DNA of 64,000 nt from an uncultured Gemmatimonadaceae bacterium (GTDB lineage Bacteria > Gemmatimonadota > Gemmatimonadetes > Gemmatimonadales > Gemmatimonadaceae): NCBI GenBank assembly GCA_963751275.1, contig CAVVTZ010000009.1:256001-320000 (forward strand). Reading direction: 5' to 3'. The position numbers and the translations under genes are program-made. This document shows positions 21,212-29,872 of the stretch, piece by piece. The notes under the pieces are model-generated. The model made no database searches. It was not told where the DNA came from and worked only from the letters and a program-made list of their open reading frames with translations. Every line of letters starts with the position of its first letter. Within the stretch, counting starts at the first letter, position 1.

Positions 21212-21667
21212 ATGCATCTCTCCAAGTCCTACTCCCTTGCCGTCGCCGCCGCACTAGTCCTATCCGCCTGCATGTCGCAGAGCACCCCGACCGCCCCCTC
21301 GGCGTCCAGCGGCACCCCCGGCGACACCACTCACGTCGCCCCGAACACGATCAATCTGTCCGGCCACGTCTTCGCCATCCAAGCCACCCCCGCCGCGCAG
21401 GGATCCGACACACTGCACTACGTCCCCATCGCGAACGTCAGCCTGCGTTTGATGCACAATATTCTCGTGAACGGCAATTCCGCGCAGGAACTTGCCGGCA
21501 CCGGGGTCTCGGCGTCGGACGGGAGTTATCGATTCGGGAATTTGCCGAGCGGGTATTATGTGTTGTACGCGACGCCGTCGAGTGCGTCGGGATATTCTGG
21601 GTCGTATTCGTTGGTGCCGGGGCAGAGTGAGAATACGGTGGTCGATGTCTACGTATGGAAGAATTGA
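21212..21667 (+). CDS. Hypothetical lipoprotein with a CarboxypepD_reg-like beta domain
   Basis: Lipobox LSAC; SASDGSYRFGNLPSGYYVL. Confidence 0.75.
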   Translation: MHLSKSYSLAVAAALVLSACMSQSTPTAPSASSGTPGDTTHVAPNTINLSGHVFAIQATPAAQGSDTLHYVPIANVSLRLMHNILVNGNSAQELAGTGVSASDGSYRFGNLPSGYYVLYATPSSASGYSGSYSLVPGQSENTVVDVYVWKN

Positions 21668-21706
21668 TCGCAAGATCAACTGCGGTCGGGCTACGAGACC
21701 GGTAGC

Positions 21707-21885
21707 ATTGCAGCTAACAGCAAACAGTCACGAGTACCCGCCAGTCTACAGTCAACAGTCAACAGCTCACAGAAAGAAATTCAGCGCGACCGATAGATGG
21801 TTGCGCATGGGCCAGATTTCTGTGAGCTGTTGACTGTTGACTGTAGACTGGCGGTAACTCGTGACTGTTTGCTGTTAGCTGCAAC
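21707..21885. repeat. Family A palindrome copy 7
   Basis: Same arms. Confidence 0.95.
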
Positions 21886-21986
21886 CTTCCCTCGGGCCGG
21901 ACTCCGTGCCGTTGATGGTGCTTGCGGTCCCGGGGAAGATGAAGCCACTTTCCTGAGTCCAACTCCTCTCAGGATCGCACCAGCCC

Positions 21987-22541
21987 TTGCCCGATAACCC
22001 CCCTCGCCGCCCGATCGGCAAGCGCCCCGTAACCGGCACTCCGCCGATCACCGACAGGCGCCAGACCACCGGTACCCAACCGGTGACCGGCAAGCGCCCG
22101 ACCGTCGAGCGCCGCAGCACCACGCGCACCGCCTCCCAACGCCTCCTCGAGACCATCGAACCCGATCCGATCGAGGCGAAGGCGACGTGGCGTCAGATGT
22201 GGAAGCCCGCCGCCTTCATTGCCGTGGGATTCGCGATGTGGGCGCTGGCGATCAATGGCGCCTACGGCAGCACATTGTTCCTGGTGAAATGCGTCGGCAT
22301 CGTGCTGGCCGTCTACGGCATCGTCGCGTGGGCGCGCATCGCGCCGGCGGGGCAGCTGATGACATGGGGCGCGTTGCTGCAGGGCCCGCTCGTGATCCAC
22401 ACGGGCGCCGTGCTCGGGAGTACGTTAAATGCGTTCGGCATCGATATCCCGATCCTCCCCGTGATCGGCATCGCGCTCTTGATCACCGGCTTCGTCCGCT
22501 GGGCGCGCGGACAGGACAGCTGGCTGACGCGGAGTTTCTAG
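21987..22541 (+). CDS. Hypothetical membrane protein
   Basis: Low-complexity N-terminus (KRPVTGT repeats) followed by 4 hydrophobic helices. Confidence 0.7.
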   Translation: MPDNPPRRPIGKRPVTGTPPITDRRQTTGTQPVTGKRPTVERRSTTRTASQRLLETIEPDPIEAKATWRQMWKPAAFIAVGFAMWALAINGAYGSTLFLVKCVGIVLAVYGIVAWARIAPAGQLMTWGALLQGPLVIHTGAVLGSTLNAFGIDIPILPVIGIALLITGFVRWARGQDSWLTRSF

Positions 22542-22556
22542 CGCGGCGTTGAGCGC

Positions 22557-22865
22557 CTACGCGATCGCGCGTGCGATGTCCTTCGAGCGCGCGCCGAGCG
22601 CGATGAGCGAGCGCACGAGCAGATCGACCGACACCGAGGGATCGCCCGCTTCCATCCTTGCGACGCGCGATTGACTGGAGCGAAGCGTGGCGGCGAGCTG
22701 CGTCTGCGTCAGACGACGCTTGAGCCGTCACGCACGCAGCGTCCGGCTCATCGCGAGCTTCATTTCGCCGAGCGTTGCTTCGTCGGCCGAGAGTCCGATG
22801 AAGTCGGCTGTGGAGCCAACGGCCCAGCCGGCCCGACGCAGCCTCGCTCGCGCGCGTGCTTTCAT
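22557..22865 (-). pseudogene. XRE/HigA-like HTH antitoxin interrupted by an in-frame TGA at 22728-22730
   Basis: MKARARARLRRAGWAVGSTADFIGL..RA*RLKRRLTQTQLAATLRSSQSRVARMEAGDPSVSVDLLVRSLIALG; GGAAGGAG RBS. Confidence 0.8.
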
Positions 22866-23084
22866 CGATGCTCCTTCCCATCCGATCGAGGGGTCATGGG
22901 GAGTATACGTCAGAAATGACATAAGCATAAGTCGTCGCGAATGCCAAGATGTCTTCGCGCATGTTGAACCCCATCATCTTCGTGGAGAGCGGCGCATCGA
23001 GGTATCGCGCGAACCCGGCTGGCCCGCTGGCCCAGCGCGCGGTATGCTCTACCGTTGTCGCCCGCGGTCCCGGAGATATTTCGC

Positions 23085-23486
23085 ATGCACCTCACCAACT
23101 TCACGCTGCGGTACGAGAGCAATTCTGTCGAACTCGAGGCGTTCGGCTACAATTGGGATCTGCACAATCAGACCGTCTTCCGTGGACTCAAGTTCGAGCC
23201 GCTGACGGGCGATGTCACAATGGAGTGGACGCCGGCCGATCCATCCGAGAAGAATCCCTGGGGCGACTTCGATAACCACGCCTCGCTCTGCCGCTTGCGA
23301 TTCTCTGGCGTCTCGTTGCTGCGCATGGGGTCTCGCGATGATGCCTACCCTGCGTCCGAGTCCGACTGCGTCGAATCGATCGATATCATCGCGGATGCCG
23401 AACCAGAGCGGATGGTCTTCAACTGGCAGGACGAGCGCGCTATCGAGATCGCGGCGAAGACCGTGACGATGGAGCGCGAGGGCTAA
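23085..23486 (+). CDS. Hypothetical acidic protein
   Basis: GGAGA RBS and a 133-aa ORF; no family recognised. Confidence 0.65.
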   Translation: MHLTNFTLRYESNSVELEAFGYNWDLHNQTVFRGLKFEPLTGDVTMEWTPADPSEKNPWGDFDNHASLCRLRFSGVSLLRMGSRDDAYPASESDCVESIDIIADAEPERMVFNWQDERAIEIAAKTVTMEREG

Positions 23487-23703
23487 CGCCGACTCTTCAA
23501 GCGCGGCCCCGAAGCTGGCGCGCTTCTTCAGATCCCATGTCAAGGAGTGCCTGCGACGTACGTCCCTATAGGTGAAGGCGTTGGTCTTCTCGATAGCCGG
23601 TATAGACGCCCGCATTGCGAAAGCCGAGACTTTCACGTACGACGAGGGCAACGAATGCTGTATCTGACGCGCAACGCACGCCTGTTATGGAGCGCTGCTG
23701 CGA

Positions 23704-24183
23704 TTGGCGTTGTGGTCGCATGCGCATCGAGCGGTCATAGCAGTGGGTCGCCTGGTATTCATGGCGACCTATCGCCATTCATCACGGAACTCGCGGAGCA
23801 GGGCAGTTCCGATCCATTGCTTGTCGAGCAGCCTCTCCAAGGGTCAGTTAGCGGCGTACGAGGGAGCCATTGTTCTTTGTCACGTTACAGTTGCGGATAC
23901 TGGATTTGTGTTCATGTTGACGCCGGATAGTGCGACCTTGTGGTACCAGAGTTCATGGGCTGTCGCTGTCGACTCGATTCCGGCCTCTCTTGTTGCTCTC
24001 GAAGCCTCGCTGCGCAGAACCCTTGGCGCACGTGTTTCGTGCCCGGGCGAGCCCAGCTACCGATTGTACTGGTCAAAGGATCGCTACACAGTGAAAGTCA
24101 CCGTGTTCGGCGAGCGTCAATATCCGAGACGCGACATCATGGTGATAGCCGAAGAGGGGACTATGGATTGCACACCGAAGTAG
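23704..24183 (+). CDS. Hypothetical protein, lower GC (start uncertain; possibly frameshifted from the signal-like ORF at ~23654)
   Basis: Open frame with atypical composition. Confidence 0.45.
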   Translation: MALWSHAHRAVIAVGRLVFMATYRHSSRNSRSRAVPIHCLSSSLSKGQLAAYEGAIVLCHVTVADTGFVFMLTPDSATLWYQSSWAVAVDSIPASLVALEASLRRTLGARVSCPGEPSYRLYWSKDRYTVKVTVFGERQYPRRDIMVIAEEGTMDCTPK

Positions 24184-24199
24184 CGAGGCCAACCCCCGA

Positions 24200-24395
24200 G
24201 AAGACGGCCCCGCACGATCTCTCGCGAGGGGCCGTTCTCAACTCCCGACTCCCGATACCCGAGTCGTGCTACCCGTTCACCACTTTCCGCGCCGCGATGA
24301 AGATCGGGACGACAGTCCCGTCCCTCGGCAAGATGTTCTGCTGTTTGTATGAACAGGGCTTCCCCTCGTAGTTTCTGAACACCAGCTCGTCGTCG
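24200..24395 (-). repeat. Diverged direct duplicate of the kamA 3' end and its downstream hairpin
   Basis: Aligns to ~25015-25208; translates DDELVFRNYEGKPCSYKQQNILPRDGTVVPIFIAARKVVNG*. Confidence 0.9.
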
Positions 24396-24435
24396 GTGCG
24401 CCTAGGCGGAGCACTCCACGCGCTATGAGAGGAAT

Positions 24436-24960
24436 ATGACATTCGATACCGTCTTTGATGTCACCCAATCCGGATACCGGCAGTTGGCCGTTCTTCGTCC
24501 GCAGGCGATAATCGCCGTGCTGCTACTCGGGCTGGCTGGCTGGATCGTTGTGGCGACGCGTCGGTCACATCGGGTACCGCGAGGTATTGGCATACTCTTG
24601 GCGTTGGTGCCGGCGCTCATCGGTGCGGTTGCCTTTGGAGTTGTCGCACTTGGCGTTCTGTCGCTCGTTTCCCAGAACACCGCATTGCGGGGCGCGCTGA
24701 AAGCCGGCCGCGCCGTGATAGTTGAGGGCACGGTGTCAGATTTTGCACCACAGGCTCCAGACGGTCATGGGCCGGAAAGCTTTGTGGTCTCCGGTCACCG
24801 CTATGAGTACTCTTCCTCCGTCCTCTCTGCGGCGTTCAATCAAATCTCGGGACAGCACGGACCGATCCGCAATGGCTTACCGGTGCGGATTGCGGATGTG
24901 AACGGGCAGATCGCCAAACTCGAGATTCAGAAGGGGAGCGAAGCTATTCCTAAGCCTTAG
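24436..24960 (+). CDS. Hypothetical membrane protein
   Basis: GAGAGG RBS; two TM helices followed by VEGTVSDF..ESFVVSG. Confidence 0.75.
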   Translation: MTFDTVFDVTQSGYRQLAVLRPQAIIAVLLLGLAGWIVVATRRSHRVPRGIGILLALVPALIGAVAFGVVALGVLSLVSQNTALRGALKAGRAVIVEGTVSDFAPQAPDGHGPESFVVSGHRYEYSSSVLSAAFNQISGQHGPIRNGLPVRIADVNGQIAKLEIQKGSEAIPKP

Positions 24961-25081
24961 GTTGTTATTCGTCCGGCCTCTTTGTGACCAGTTGAGGGTA
25001 CATAGCGAGCACAGCAACGGCCCCGCGCGAGAGCTCGCGCGGGGCCGTTGTCGATTCCTGACTCCCGATACCCGGGTCGTG

Positions 25082-26198
25082 CTACCCGTTCGCCACTTTC
25101 CTCGCCGCGATCTCGATCGGCACGATGGTCCCGTCCTTCGGCAGGATCTTCGGCTGCTTGTATGAATACTGCTTCCCCTCGTAGTTCCTGAACACCACTT
25201 CGTCCTCGTTCATATACTCGAGGTACTCGGGGAGCAGCGGAACTTTGCCGCCGCCTCCCGGAGAGTCGATCACGAAGGCCGGGATCGCCAACCCGCTCGT
25301 CCACCCGCGCAGCGCCTTCATGATCTCGAGCCCGGTCTGCACCATGGTCCGGAAATGCTCGCCGCCGGCCACCTGGTCGGCCATGTAGAGATAGTAGGGC
25401 CGCACGCGCGCCTTCAGCAGCTCGTGCATCAGCTTCATCATGATCTTGGGATCGTCATTGATCCCGCGCAGCAGCACGGTGTGCGCGCCAAGCACGACTC
25501 CCGCCTTCGACAACCGGTCCAGCGACGCCACGGTGTTCGGGGTCAGTTCGCTGGGATGATTGAAGTGGGTGTTCATATAGATCGGGATGATACTTCTGCA
25601 CCATCTCGCAGAATTCCGGCGTGATCCGCTCGGGCAAGTGCGCGGTGATCCTGCTCCCGATGCGAATGATCTCGACATGCGGGATCTCGCGCAGCTTCTG
25701 GAAGATGTGCTCCAGCCGCCGGTCCGAGAGCATCATCGGATCGCCGCCTGACAAGATCACGTCGCGCACCTCCGGATGATTCCGGATGTACTCGAACGCC
25801 GAGTCATACTGATTGAGCGGGATCTTCTCCGGATCGCCCACCTTCCGCCGCCGCGTGCAGAAGCGGCAATAGGTCGCGCACACGGGGCTCACGAGGAACA
25901 ACACGCGATCCGGATACCGGTGCGTGATGTTCGGCACCGGACTGTCGCCGTCCTCGTCCAGGCTGTCGATCACGCCATCGGTGATCTGCAGCTCCTCGAC
26001 GCTCGGGATGTATTGCTTCCAGATCGGGTCGTCCACTTCCTTGATCAGGTCCAGCACCTCGGGCGTGATCCGCATCTGGAAATTGTCGAACGCCGGCGCC
26101 AGCGCCTCCACGTCGATGTTCTCGCGGCCGAACTTCTCCGCGAGCTTCTCGAGGGTCGCGATGCTGTCGTCCTTGATGATCTTCTGCCAGTCGCTCAT
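25082..26198 (-). CDS. kamA: KamA-family radical SAM (lysine 2,3-aminomutase-like); frameshift near 25585
   Basis: THRYPDR, CATYCRFCTRRR, LSGGDP, HFNHP, RVRPYY, RGWTSGLA, PGGGGK. Confidence 0.9.
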
Positions 26199-26723
26199 GG
26201 CCGCTCGGTGGTGAAGGTCTTCGTCAACATCACGCGGTCGTCATCCACGGCATAGAAATCGCGGATCCGCGCCTGTTCAGCATACCCCCGCGCCGCATAG
26301 AACGCGCGCGTCGCTTCATAATCGGTGCGGCTCGAGGTCTCGATCAACAGCATCCGGCCGCGTCGACGCAGCCACTCGCGCTTCTACTTCCGCAAGTAAC
26401 GCACTCCCTACTCCTTTTCCTTGCGCATTCCTTGTCCACCGCGATCCAGTACAAGATCCCACGTGCCCTTCAGTCACCGGCGTCGGCCCGAAGGCCGCAT
26501 AGCCGAGCAACTCGCCACTCGCGCTGAACGCGCCCACGAACTGATAGTCGCCGTCCGGCTCAGCACCCCTGAGCCCCAAGCCGGAGTCGAACACCTCCAG
26601 CGCGACTTCCACTTCCTGTTCCCGGAACGAACCCGTGCCCCGCACGATCGCCTCGAGGCGTTCACGGTGGCCCGCGTTCAATTCACCGATGCGCACCCCA
26701 ACCGGCTGCGCGCCGGCAGTCAT
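26195..26723 (-). CDS. GNAT acetyltransferase, several frameshifts
   Basis: FREQEVEVALE, GYAAFGPTP, QGKGVGSALL, IETSSR..YEATRAFY across frames. Confidence 0.75.
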
Positions 26724-27784
26724 CCCTGGGCGACGAAGAGATCCAGTGCGGCGCGGTCTTCCGGCCTGGCGGTCACGCCGCTCAGCACTTGCGCGCGCCT
26801 GCCACTGCTCCTCGGTCGACCGCGTGCGGCGCTTGAGCGCGCTCTCGCACACGGCATGGATCATGTCGGCATACTCGAGACCGGCCACGCGCGCCATGCG
26901 CGCCAAGCCGGCGTCGGGTGAGATATCGGGATTCGAATTCGACCTCGAGGATCCACGGCTTCCCCGCGCGGTCGATGCGCAGGTCCACGCGGCCGTATCC
27001 CTCGCCGCCGGCCAGGCGCCACGCCTTGAGCGCGATCCGCTTCAGCTCCTCGCTCTGCTCCTTCGGCATCTTCGCGGGACACTGCGGCACGCTGCCCAGA
27101 TCCTCGTCGCAGCCGGTCTCCCACTTGCTCTTGTAACTGACGATCCGCCACATCCCGCGCGGCATGCCGTCGAACAGGATCTCGGCGACGGGCAGCGCCT
27201 GGTCGCCCAGCACGCCGACATTCACCTCGCGGCCATCGACATACTTCTGCACGAGGATCTCGTCCCAACGCTCGTGCATCGCGGTCACGCGCTCGGAAGA
27301 GCTGGCGCGCATTGCGCACCACCGACCGCTGCTCCACGCCGATCGACGCATCCTCGGCACTCGGCTTCACGATCGCCGGATAGCCCACGTGCGGCATCGG
27401 GTCGCCCGGATGCACCAGCGCGAAGCGCGGGATGGGGAGGCCGGCGCGGTCGAGCAGGCTGTTCACGACATGCTTCCGCAAGCACATCGACGTCGTCCAG
27501 CTCGAGCTGCCGGTGTACGGCACGCCGATCACTTCCACGGCGCTGATGACGCTCGGCTCCAGCTCGGCGACGCCGTCCACGCCTTCGCACAGATTGAACA
27601 TGAGATCGAACTTCCCGCGGCGGACGCGCTCCACCCAGCGGCCGTCGGGATTCACCGGCACGCGCACGACCGTGTTGCCGTCGGGCGCGAGCGCGTTCTC
27701 CACGGCCTCGACGGTGTCGAGGATGGCCAAGTCCGGGCTCGCGCCGAGCGCGGAAAGGCCGTCGAAGAGAACGCCGATCTTCAT
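26720..27784 (-). CDS. D-Ala-D-Ala ligase-like ATP-grasp protein 2; frameshifts near 27295, 26935 and 26790
   Basis: FNLCEG, PYTGS, VKPSAEDASIG, YVDGRE, YGRVDLR, ILEV. Confidence 0.85.
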
Positions 27785-27807
27785 GGTCAGTGGTCCTTGC
27801 TGTGCGC

Positions 27808-29052
27808 TCAACCGAGCGCGGCGGTGCGCCGGTTGCGTCGCACGGCCTTGCCGGTGAGGCGAACGTTCTGCCGCTCCGCCGCGTGGCGGAGGCAGGCCTG
27901 GATGAGCTGGTCGTAATTCATGCCCGCCGCGCGCGCCGCCTTGGGGAAGCAGGAATTATCGCGCGGGTCCGGCAGGATGCCGGGGAGGGGATTCACTTCG
28001 ACGACGTTCGGCGTGCCATCGGCGTCGAGCCGGATGTCGATGCGCGACCAATCGCGGCAGCCGAGCACGAAGTAGGCGGCGAGGGCCACCTGTTCGATGC
28101 GGGACTGCAGCGCGCTATCGATTTGCGCGGGGCACTCGAAGATCTCGAGCGGATTCTCCGGGCGGTCCCAGAGCCACTTGGCCTCGAAGCCGTAGACGGG
28201 CAGCGCGCCCTCGGGGAGAGCGGCGAAATTCATGCCGACGATGGGCAGGACGCGCGCGCCCGAGCCATTGCCGAGCACGGCGCAGGTGAACTCGGCGCCG
28301 GGGAGCCATTCTTCGACGAGCACGGGCTGTTGATAGTGCTCGAGCAGGAAGAGCGTCTGTTCCGCGAGCTCAGCGGGGGTGCGGCAGAAATTCCTTTCCG
28401 TGATGCCCTTGGAAGAACCTTCGTGCACGGGCTTCACGAAAAGCGGCAGACGGAGCCGGCCATTGACGCCGCGCAGGCGCCGCGTGGTGACGCGCTCGAG
28501 CAGCGCCGTCACTTCATGCGCGGCCCGCACGAGGACAAAAGGGGCGGTGGGGACGCGGTTGTAGGCGAGATATTCTTTCGTGCGCGCCTTATCGAGTCCC
28601 ATCGCGAGCGTGAAGGGATCGGAGCCGGAGTAGGGAATGCCGTAGAATTCGCAGATCGCGGGCACGTGGGCCTCGCGATTCGCGCCATTCATCCCTTCGG
28701 CGATGTTGAAGACGATATCGGGGTTGGCGACGCGGAGTTTCTCGGGGAATTCTGCCGTGGCCTCGAGCCTGATGACTTCACCCACACCTTCCAGCGCGCG
28801 CTCGACCGCATCGATCGTCTCCGCGCAATCCCACTCGGCGTATTTATCGTTGACCGTGCTGAGGTGGTGGGCGGCGACTTCGGGAGTCGAGAATTGCGAG
28901 TCGGGGAGGGACTCGGCGACTCGCGAGCGGCGCGACCATTTGCGGCGGCGGCTTGAGATCTCTTCGGCGGGACGCGGGGAGTCGGCGTCGGCTGAGAGGC
29001 GAAGAGATGCGGAGTCGGGTTTTTGATTGTAGGCGAAGCCTATTCGACTCAT
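27808..29052 (-). CDS. D-Ala-D-Ala ligase-like ATP-grasp protein 1
   Basis: FNIAEG..REA, PYSGSD, VKPVHEGSSKGI, RDWSRIDIR, EVNPLPG. Confidence 0.9.
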   Translation of the reverse strand: MSRIGFAYNQKPDSASLRLSADADSPRPAEEISSRRRKWSRRSRVAESLPDSQFSTPEVAAHHLSTVNDKYAEWDCAETIDAVERALEGVGEVIRLEATAEFPEKLRVANPDIVFNIAEGMNGANREAHVPAICEFYGIPYSGSDPFTLAMGLDKARTKEYLAYNRVPTAPFVLVRAAHEVTALLERVTTRRLRGVNGRLRLPLFVKPVHEGSSKGITERNFCRTPAELAEQTLFLLEHYQQPVLVEEWLPGAEFTCAVLGNGSGARVLPIVGMNFAALPEGALPVYGFEAKWLWDRPENPLEIFECPAQIDSALQSRIEQVALAAYFVLGCRDWSRIDIRLDADGTPNVVEVNPLPGILPDPRDNSCFPKAARAAGMNYDQLIQACLRHAAERQNVRLTGKAVRRNRRTAALG

Positions 29053-29177
29053 CTGCTCCGGGGGAACGAGCTGAACTGCTCGTGAGATGTTCACGGGAGT
29101 AAGATAGGGTTAAAGGTTTTCTAGTGCAATGATTTTTTTGAGATACTTTTTGGCGACGACGACACTGCTTACTGCAT

Positions 29178-29845
29178 CACTTGCGCATCCGTGACATGAA
29201 GTCAACAGTCAACAGTGATCCAGTCGAACTGCAGTCGACAGTCATCGGTCGACAGCTCATCAGAAAACGGTGAGGTGTGCGTTCATGTGATGATGACGAA
29301 TGAATGGCGCCGAAGTAGCGTGGGGCATGTCGATCAGAAGTCATCGAGACCTCATCGTGTGGCAGCGTTCCATGGAGTACGCGGCGGAGGTGCATCGCAT
29401 GACGAAGCGTATTTCCGCCACGAGAGGGCGCTGACTTGCGGAAGCAACTCCTCCGTGCGGCGATGTCCGTGCTCAGCGAATATCGCGGAGGGCGCAGGTC
29501 GCATGCACCGTGGCGACTACCTGCGATTCATTTCGATCGCGCGCGGCTCCTTGCTCGAGTCCGACTCTCATGTCGCGATGGCGGTCACCTTCGGCTACCT
29601 GCGCGAAGAGGACGTGAGACGCGGGGAGCAATTGAGCGGCGACATCCTCCGTATGCTCACCAAGCTCGCGAGCGTACTCGCGCGCCAATCCCACGCTCGC
29701 CTCCCGACAATGTGAACAAGGGCAGGAGCCACTGCGCCTCCCGCCCTCATGGAGCCGATTCTCTGATGACTGTTGACCGATGACTGTCGACTGCAGTGTA
29801 CTGGATCACTGTTGACTGATGACTTCATGCTTGGTCGTGCAAGTG
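29178..29845. mobile_element. Putative element: four-helix-bundle gene between ~75-bp inverted arms (family D, filled)
   Basis: Left arm 29195-29270 and right arm 29755-29829 are reverse complements; outer cacttgc/gcaagtg pair; empty homolog at 39722-39895. Confidence 0.7.
29327..29715 (+). CDS. Four-helix-bundle protein (TIGR02436 / 23S rRNA IVP / bAvd-like fold); 2 apparent frameshifts
   Basis: MSIRSHRDLIVWQRSM..FP..E..LRKQLLRAAMSV..ANIAEGAGR....DYLRFISIARGSLLE. Confidence 0.88.
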
Positions 29846-29872
29846 CCGAACTCGGGGGATCGCCGTTCGCCG

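Noticed and set aside
10224..21885. Family A hairpins as classical integron attC sites
   Set aside because: They are longer than typical attC sites, lack consistent RYYYAAC/GTTRRRY ends, the genes are in mixed orientation, and there is no intI.
12055..21997. Short ORFs containing LTVDCRLA / ANSKQSRVTASLQSTVNSSQ as a protein family
   Set aside because: They are translations of the family A palindrome arms, not independent genes.
22728..22730. In-frame TGA as selenocysteine or recoding
   Set aside because: The position is not a Cys-type site in an HTH protein, no SECIS-like hairpin was recognised, and TGA is used as a normal stop throughout the window.
24200..25208. kamA 3' duplicate as a DGR template/variable repeat pair (given the Avd-like gene nearby)
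   Set aside because: Mismatches involve all bases and are not confined to adenines on either strand. There is no reverse transcriptase in the window.
29178..29845. 23S rRNA intervening sequence
   Set aside because: The flanks are thyX and a ddl-like gene. No rRNA sequence was recognised in the window.
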